From assembly GCA_051453625.1 (NCBI GenBank), contig JBOZIK010000001.1, positions 32,355,501-32,415,729 of the forward strand: 60,229 nt of DNA, given 5' to 3'. The notes under the pieces were generated by a model. It saw only the letters and a list, made by a program, of their open reading frames with translations. It did no database searches and was not told the DNA's origin. Shown one piece after another: positions 53,514 through 60,229 of the stretch (position 1 is its first letter; every line of letters begins with the position of its first letter). This DNA is from Welwitschia mirabilis. Lineage: Eukaryota. The translations under genes were made by a program, and so were the position numbers.

Positions 53514-54853
53514 TGTTGTGATGTTAATTTATGGGAATTTGATGGTGTATTTTGAGTACTTCTGTAAGACATCTATACAGGTTTTGATGTAATACTGATG
53601 ATTATAAAGGATTAATAGGATAATCAGCAAAACATGTGATATCCAGCATTTTTGGTAGTTTCTCAAGCTTATTCTGATATTGTAAGATTAGAAGAAGGAT
53701 GGAACAATTCAAATATTGATTGACCTTTGAAAAAGAGGAAAAGAAGACTGACGTTCCCAATATCATCCTCACAACATTCAAGACAACTAGACTACTAAAA
53801 TGGACAAAAGCCTATAGTGCCAACCACAGCACTTAGTGCACATATTAAGAGTGTATCATTCGCACATTCGTCTAGATGACATGCAAGACGATGATCAAAG
53901 GACTAACAATAGTGCATGGCACAAAATCCAAGCTACTAAGGCAGTGTCGTTCCCTTTGTCGTGTGGATGACATATAGGATGATAACTATTTTTTCCTCGT
54001 AATGAATGCCAAACAGGCCATGTGGGTTATTAGGGTTTCTTTTCCTGCCTTAAGGATTTGGCCATCCATTTTCTCAATTAGAAATCTATAAATACCCTTC
54101 TCCTCCTTCATTTCCATTTTCCATCTTTGGTGCTTCATACTTGTGAGGGAAGCTTAAAGGGTGAGAGGTCCATCACATACTGCAGAAAGGAGTCTCCTTG
54201 GTGTCATGTTGTATTCCTCTCATTGAGGCACTGTTGTTCTAGTCTCGTAAATGGATGTTATTATGATTCAATAATATAATTTCATTTCTTCTCATTATTG
54301 TGCATCTCCCTTATGATTTAAGTTCATCTCAGTTGTAGCATTCTTAGATTTATTTAGATCTTAAGGGCAACCTTTATTAAGGTTGATCAAGTTTAGTAAG
54401 AATAGATTTCCATTGTTTCTTCTTTCTTCATATTGCATTCAAGTCGTATTTGGGTAGATCTCATAATTTATATTAATTAGAAACTAGTAAACACTCTTTC
54501 TCTTTGATATACGTTATAGAGAAGTAGTCTTGTGATAGGAAGGCTAAGGTCTATGTGAGATACACTTCCATTCATATTTCCATTACCATTTCCTTTGCAT
54601 TTGCATTTGCATTTTCATTTAATAGCATTTCATTACATTTAACTGCATTGTTGTTATTCAGTTTTTCTATAAAGATAAAAGAAAAGTAGTATACAATAGT
54701 GAAAATCATTTCTCTAACTCCAAGCCCCTTGCCTTCATTGGATTAGGACATTTAGGTGAACTCCTGTCTATACTAGAGTGCAATTTCTGCAATTTATGTG
54801 AATTATAAGTTCATCTAAGGGACTTCTAGATTACAAAAATTCACACTGCAACA
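53514..54853 (+). repeat. 5' LTR of copy G
   Basis: TGTTGTGATGTT...TCACACTGCAACA, with TGTTG/CAACA terminal inverted repeats. Confidence 0.92.
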
Positions 54854-55585
54854 TTTTAGTGTCATTGCTAGGGAAGGCCACAAGGAGCTAAGAGAAGTGT
54901 CACTAATCAAAGATAAGTACCTCGAAACTTTCTGTTTAGGTTATCTATTTTGAATTAGTATTGTATTTTTTCTAGTCCAGGTTAAAGTAGGTTTATTTTT
55001 AGCAATTTTAGTTCTGCATTTTCTATTTGTTTTGTTGTCATTTTTTTGATCATCCCCATGATCTGAGAGGACGATAATCTATTTTTCTGCATTCTATGTT
55101 AGTTTATTTCTGTAACCTCATCGTCTCATCTGTCGTCCCCATGATACGAGAGGACAATAGTCTGTGTTTTTTTTTTATACATAAATTTTCCACATTCTAC
55201 CATTTTTTTTTTTCATACAGTAAATTTGTGGTTATTCTTTCTATTGTCTGAATGACTTATTTGGATGATAGTCCTTTGTGTTTTTCGGTTTCTGTAAATT
55301 TCATTTTTTTCTTGTTATTATTGTTCTACCTTTCATCCCTATGATAGGATGGATAGCGGTCTATTGTTTTTTATTTCTATGTTCTGTTAGTTGTTGGAAC
55401 ATGCAGGGACATGATTAATACTAGTAAGAAGATAAAAATATTAGAGAGAATGGAACCTGATCGAAGAAAATATCAAGGAAGGATTAATTAACTTCGAGTT
55501 AATGCTCCAATCGTAAAAGCAAAAGCAAGTAGATTCTGTTAACTCTCTAATCATACTAAGAACTTATTCTTCAAATGCGAATATT

Positions 55586-58500
55586 ATGCTTAGAGATTTA
55601 ATTGCTAATAGAAAACATAAAATTAAAAACCCTTTTGATTTACCTCCTGGTGATGATGTAGAGTTAAGAAATTTAAGTGCATGTCCAATNNNNNNNNNNA
55701 TGTTTTCAGGGGAATCAGAAGAAGATTTCTTCCAACATCTAGTTAACATAGAACAACTTGTGCTTACATCTAAAAATGAAGAAAAACATATTAGTGACCA
55801 TACCTACATGATTATTTTTCTAGTTACCCTTAGAGGTAGGGCAAAAATTTGGCTAAAAACCATTTTGCATAAAAGTCTTAAGTCATAGAGTCAAGTGGAA
55901 GAAGTTTTCATTAAATGATTTTTGAGTGAAAGTACCATGAGAAAGAGAAGAAAAAAAGTCACCAACTTTCAACAATAACCTCATGAAGATTAAGTAACTA
56001 CTTATGAATAATTTATAATAGCTAGTCATTCCAACCCTATTAATAAATTTCATAAGGAAGAACTGGTAGATTATTTTTATAGCAGACTGAATGCTTCAAC
56101 TAAGAAACTTATGGATTTTTCTTGTGGGGGAAATTTGTTAAACTTAAGTTTAGATGATGCTTGAAGTATGCTAGAGAATTTACTGGAAATCAGTCAAACT
56201 TAGCTTAAACTCACTAAGGAAAACCATACTATAGGACAAATTTTGAAAGACCTAAAAGAGGTAAAACATGACAAGGAAGAAGAAAAAAAGGATTTAACTA
56301 ACTTGATGAAAGATTTCACTACTACTCTAGAGAAATATATGCAGATGATAGTTGACGCAAAAGTTGTTAAGAATAAACCCTCAACTTCTAGTTGTGAACT
56401 TTATGAAGATGAATCTCATTCAACAAAAGAGTTTCCATTATTACAAACTTGAAAGGAAAAAATATTTAAAGAGGTTTGTGCTTTCAACTAAAGAACTTCT
56501 AACTTTACAATCCAAACACCATTTCAACAAAAACCAAGTGGGCAACCCCAATGGAAACCATTTGAGAATAGATTTAAAAATTTCAATTTTTAACTACATT
56601 TTCAACAAAGTCTAAATGATTTCCTTAAAGAATCCATTAAAGAAATGAAAAAGGTGCAAGAGAAGACCAATAGCAATATTAAGAACCTAGTGAATGTGCT
56701 TCAACAAATAATGCTTGCTAACCAAATACCGCAAGGGTCTCTTGCTTCTCAACCAATGCCCAATCAATCCAAACAAAGTTAGAAGAGACTTAAAGATTAT
56801 AATTAAAAGTGGGAAACATACAATACATTCTACCCATAAGATTCCAACTTCTAAACAAGACGAAGTAATTGGGGAAGATGATGTAGAAATCCTAGATTCT
56901 TATAACCTTCCTTCCACCTCATTTACTAAAGCCTCTACCAAATATAACTTAAAAGAGGATAAGGGAAAGAGATCATCAACTCCTTCGCTTGATAGATTAA
57001 ATATAAATCCTACTTTTGATGAACATCTAAAAGCTTTGATGCAAGAATTCAATATCAACCTTCCCTTTTGAAAACTCTTATAAGAAACCCCAAATATTCT
57101 AAGTTATGGAATGACTTGGTAAGACGAAAACACAAACGTATCATTCCAAGTAAAGTCTTTCTCGCCCAATCTCTTTCCAACTTAGTGATAAAAAAATGTC
57201 CTAAATTTAAAGATCCTGGGGCTATAACTATTAGTGTTACCTTAAAGGGAAATAAAAGAATTAGAACGGCTTTGATTGACATAGGTGCAAGTGTAAACAT
57301 TATGCCTTTTCATATTTGTAAAAGANNNNNNNNNNNNNNNNNNNNNNNNNNNNNNNNNNNNNNNNNNNNNNNNNNNNNNNNNNNNNNNNNNNNNNNNNNN
57401 NNNNNNNNNNNNNNNNNNNNNNNNNNNNNNNNNNNNNNNNNNNNNNNNNNNNNNNNNNNNNNNNNNNNNNNNNNNNNNNNNNNNNNNNNNNNNNNNNNNN
57501 NNNNNNNNNNNNNNNNNNNNNNNNNNNNNNNNNNNNNNNNNNNNNNNNNNNNNNNNNNNNNNNNNNNNNNNNNNNNNNNNNNNNNNNNNNNNNNNNNNNN
57601 NNNNNNNNNNNNNNNNNNNNNNNNNNNNNNTTTTAACATTGAAGATGATTTGAAACCAACTTTGTTTCTATAACATTGACCTATAGAAGAGAGACTAATT
57701 ATGTTACATGAGCCAACTTTATATGATGGTCCAACTAAATTAAACTATTTTTAACTTAAGAATGAAGTTGTCGAAGATGAGGAAGAAACCCAACATCTTT
57801 ATTTGATAGAAAAACTTTTTGAAGAATGTCGTCCCATGCCTATCGTCCTCACAACAAAGGAGACGATAGCCCAACTTAACACCCATGAACTTAAGCAATT
57901 ACCTAATGGTTTAAAATAAATATTTACCCAACTTAACACCCATGAACTTAAGCAAGTACCCAATGGTCTAAAATAAATATTTACCCAACTTAACACCCAT
58001 GAACATAAGCAATTACCTAATGGTCTAAAATACATATTCCTATCTAAGAATCAAACAAAACCTCTGATAATCAATGATCTTCTCACTCATAAACAAGAAT
58101 CAGATTTGAATTCTCTTTTAAAATTGAAGAAAAATTCCTTTACTTGGACGCATAAAGACTTAGATCCATTTCTCTTTCCATAGCCCAATATAAAATCTAT
58201 CTTGAGCACAATTCTAAACCTATTAGGCAACCCCAAAGAAGTCTCAATCCCATCCTTAAACAAATTGTTAAAGATGAAATCATTAAGCTCATGAATGTTG
58301 GGATTATTTATGCCATCGCTGACAGTAAGTGGGTTAGTTCTTTAACAGTAGTGCCAAAGAAAGAAGCAAAATGGAGAATGTGCATTGATTTTAGGGAACT
58401 CAATGAGGTCACTAAAAAGAATTATTATCTTTTACCTTTTCTTAATCAAGTTCTTGATAGAATCCAAGGTCATGCTTATTATTGTTTTCTTGATGGGTAT

Positions 58501-60229
58501 AGTGGTTATAATCAAATTTGCATAGCAAGTGAAGATCAAGCTAAAACTACCTTTACATCTCCCTTTAGAATCTTTGCTTTCAAACGAATGCCTTTTGAAC
58601 TTTGCAATGCCCCTGGGACTTCCCAACGAGCCATGATGGGAATATTTTCTAACATGATAGAAGACTCCATAGAAATCTTCATGGATGATTTTTCCATTTT
58701 TGGTGATACTTTTGAACAAACTGTCCTAAGATTAGAACAAGTCCTTAATAGATGTATTGAAAGTGGGTTACANNNNNNNNNNNNNNNNNNNNNNNNNNNN
58801 NNNNNNNNNNNNNNNNNNNNNNNNNNNNNNNNNNNNNNNNNNNNNNNNNNNNNNNNNNNNNNNNNNNNNNNNNNNNNNNNNNNNNNNNNNNNNNNNNNNN
58901 NNNNNNNNNNNNNNNNNNNNNNNNNNNNNNNNNNNNNNNNNNNNNNNNNNNNNNNNNNNNNNNNNNNNNNNNNNNNNNNNNNNNNNNNNNNNNNNNNNNN
59001 NNNNNNNNNNNNNNNNNNNNNNNNNNNNNNNNNNNNNNNNNNNNNNNNNNNNNNNNNNNNNNNNNNNNNNNATGCCTTTTAGACTTTGAAATGCCCTTGA
59101 GACTTTCTAAGGATCCATGATGGGAATATTTTCTGATATAATAGAAGACTCCATAGAAATCTTCATGGATGATTTTCCATCTTTGGTGATACTTTGGAAC
59201 AAACTATGCTGAGATTAGAAAATGTCCTTAATAAATGTATTGAAAGTGGATTACATTTAAGTTGGAAAAATATTTTCTTTCTTGTTCAACATGGAATTAT
59301 TTTAGATCATCACATTTCAGCAGAAGGGATTAGGATGGATCACACAAAGGTAGACATCATTAAAAACCTTAACCCTCCAACAAACATCAAACAAGTTAGA
59401 TCTTTTCTTGGAAATGCAAGTTTCTACCATCGATTCATCCATGACTATGCTAAAACTTGTAAATATTTTCACTCTCTTCTTGAAAAAGATGTTAAATTTG
59501 AGTGGTGAAAGTTATGCCAACTTGCTTTTGAAACTCGTAAGGATAAAATCTCTTCCGAATCTATTATTATAGGTCCTGATTGAAACAAAAACTTTGAACT
59601 TATGTGTGATGTAAGAAATGTTGCTGTGGGGGGGTTCTCAGTCAAAAATATGAGAATCGGTTTAACATCATATCTTACCTTAGCAAAACATTGACAAGTG
59701 TCCAAACCAACTATACTACCACTGAGAGAGAAATGCTTACTATCATTTTTTACTTGGATTATCTTTGACACTATCTTCTCAGGTTCTACATCAATGTCTA
59801 CATAGACCATGCAATCATTCATTATCTCATGAAAAAGAAAGATTCTAGTGCCAAACTTATTAGATGGATACTTTTAATGCAAGAATTTAATCTTACCATA
59901 ATTGATAAGGCTGGAAAACATAATAGCATGGTTGACCATCTTTCTCGTCTTACTTACTCCATTGATGAAACTCACATTGATCATTCCTTTCTTAATGAGT
60001 AACTCTTTGCAATTATACAATTATATGCTATCTCTTCTTCTCACCCTGCTGCTTAGTATGTTGATATCGTCAATTATCTAGTAACTATAAAAACCCCTCA
60101 TCACTAGAATCAAAATCAATAAAAAACTTTCCTCCATAGGATTGGTTATTATAAGTAGAATGAGCCACATCTTTATAGACAGTGCAAAGATCAAATTATC
60201 TGTAAATGTATGCCTGAATAGAAAACTTT
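55586..60229 (+). pseudogene. gag-pol pseudogene of copy G
   Basis: FLVTLRGRAKIWL; ALIDIGASVNIMP; open RT stretch 58291-58772 with WRMCIDFRELN, FLDGYSGYNQI, RMPFELCNAP, IFMDDFS; VRSFLG; LMCDVRN; RWILLMQEF. Stops and frameshifts elsewhere. Confidence 0.95.
57870..58038 (+). repeat. Three-copy 57 bp tandem repeat inside pol of G
   Basis: CCCAACTTAACACCCATGAAC... units starting at 57870, 57927 and 57984. Confidence 0.95.

Larger units (their letters stand above)
53514..60229 (+). mobile_element. Athila-like copy G (best preserved), running off the window end
   Basis: LTR 53514-54853, PBS TTTTAGTGTCATTGCTAGGGAA, gag, AP, RT, RH and start of integrase. Confidence 0.92.

Noticed and set aside
55050..55360. 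Spaced palindromic repeats as a CRISPR-like array
   Set aside because: Irregular spacing, degenerate units, retrotransposon-leader context and no cas genes; reported instead as the dispersed hairpin motif.
58432..58719. Antisense ORFs over pol (also 57055-57300, 59469-59822, 25584-25799, 26569-26850)
   Set aside because: Shadow frames of retrotransposon coding sequence with no independent motifs.

Overview
Eukaryotic (plant-type), very AT-rich, gap-ridden scaffold window made almost entirely of nested, decayed LTR retrotransposons. No host gene, RNA gene or CRISPR array is supportable. The dominant component is one Ty3/Gypsy non-chromovirus, Athila-like family: ~1.1-1.3 kb TGTTG...CAACA LTRs, decayed tRNA-Asp PBS, gag-AP-RT-RH-INT order. 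It occurs as six copies: Z (1-1948, partial), A (1949-14767), B (16066-32135, truncated), C (21054-31506, nested in B with a 5-bp TSD), F (46088-50564, minus strand, internally deleted) and G (53514-end, best preserved). Also present are a second Athila family (D, minus strand, ~34.4-39.5 kb), several Ty1/Copia remnants (two SIRE-like) and microsatellites. All coding regions are pseudogenised, largely by C>T/G>A changes. The best leads are a decayed extra ORF between pol and the 3' LTR, a family-wide dispersed hairpin motif (TCGTCC-N13/14-GGACGA), a tandem arrangement sharing one LTR, and hypermutation extending to non-CG contexts. All calls come from reading motifs by eye; internal domain boundaries are approximate.
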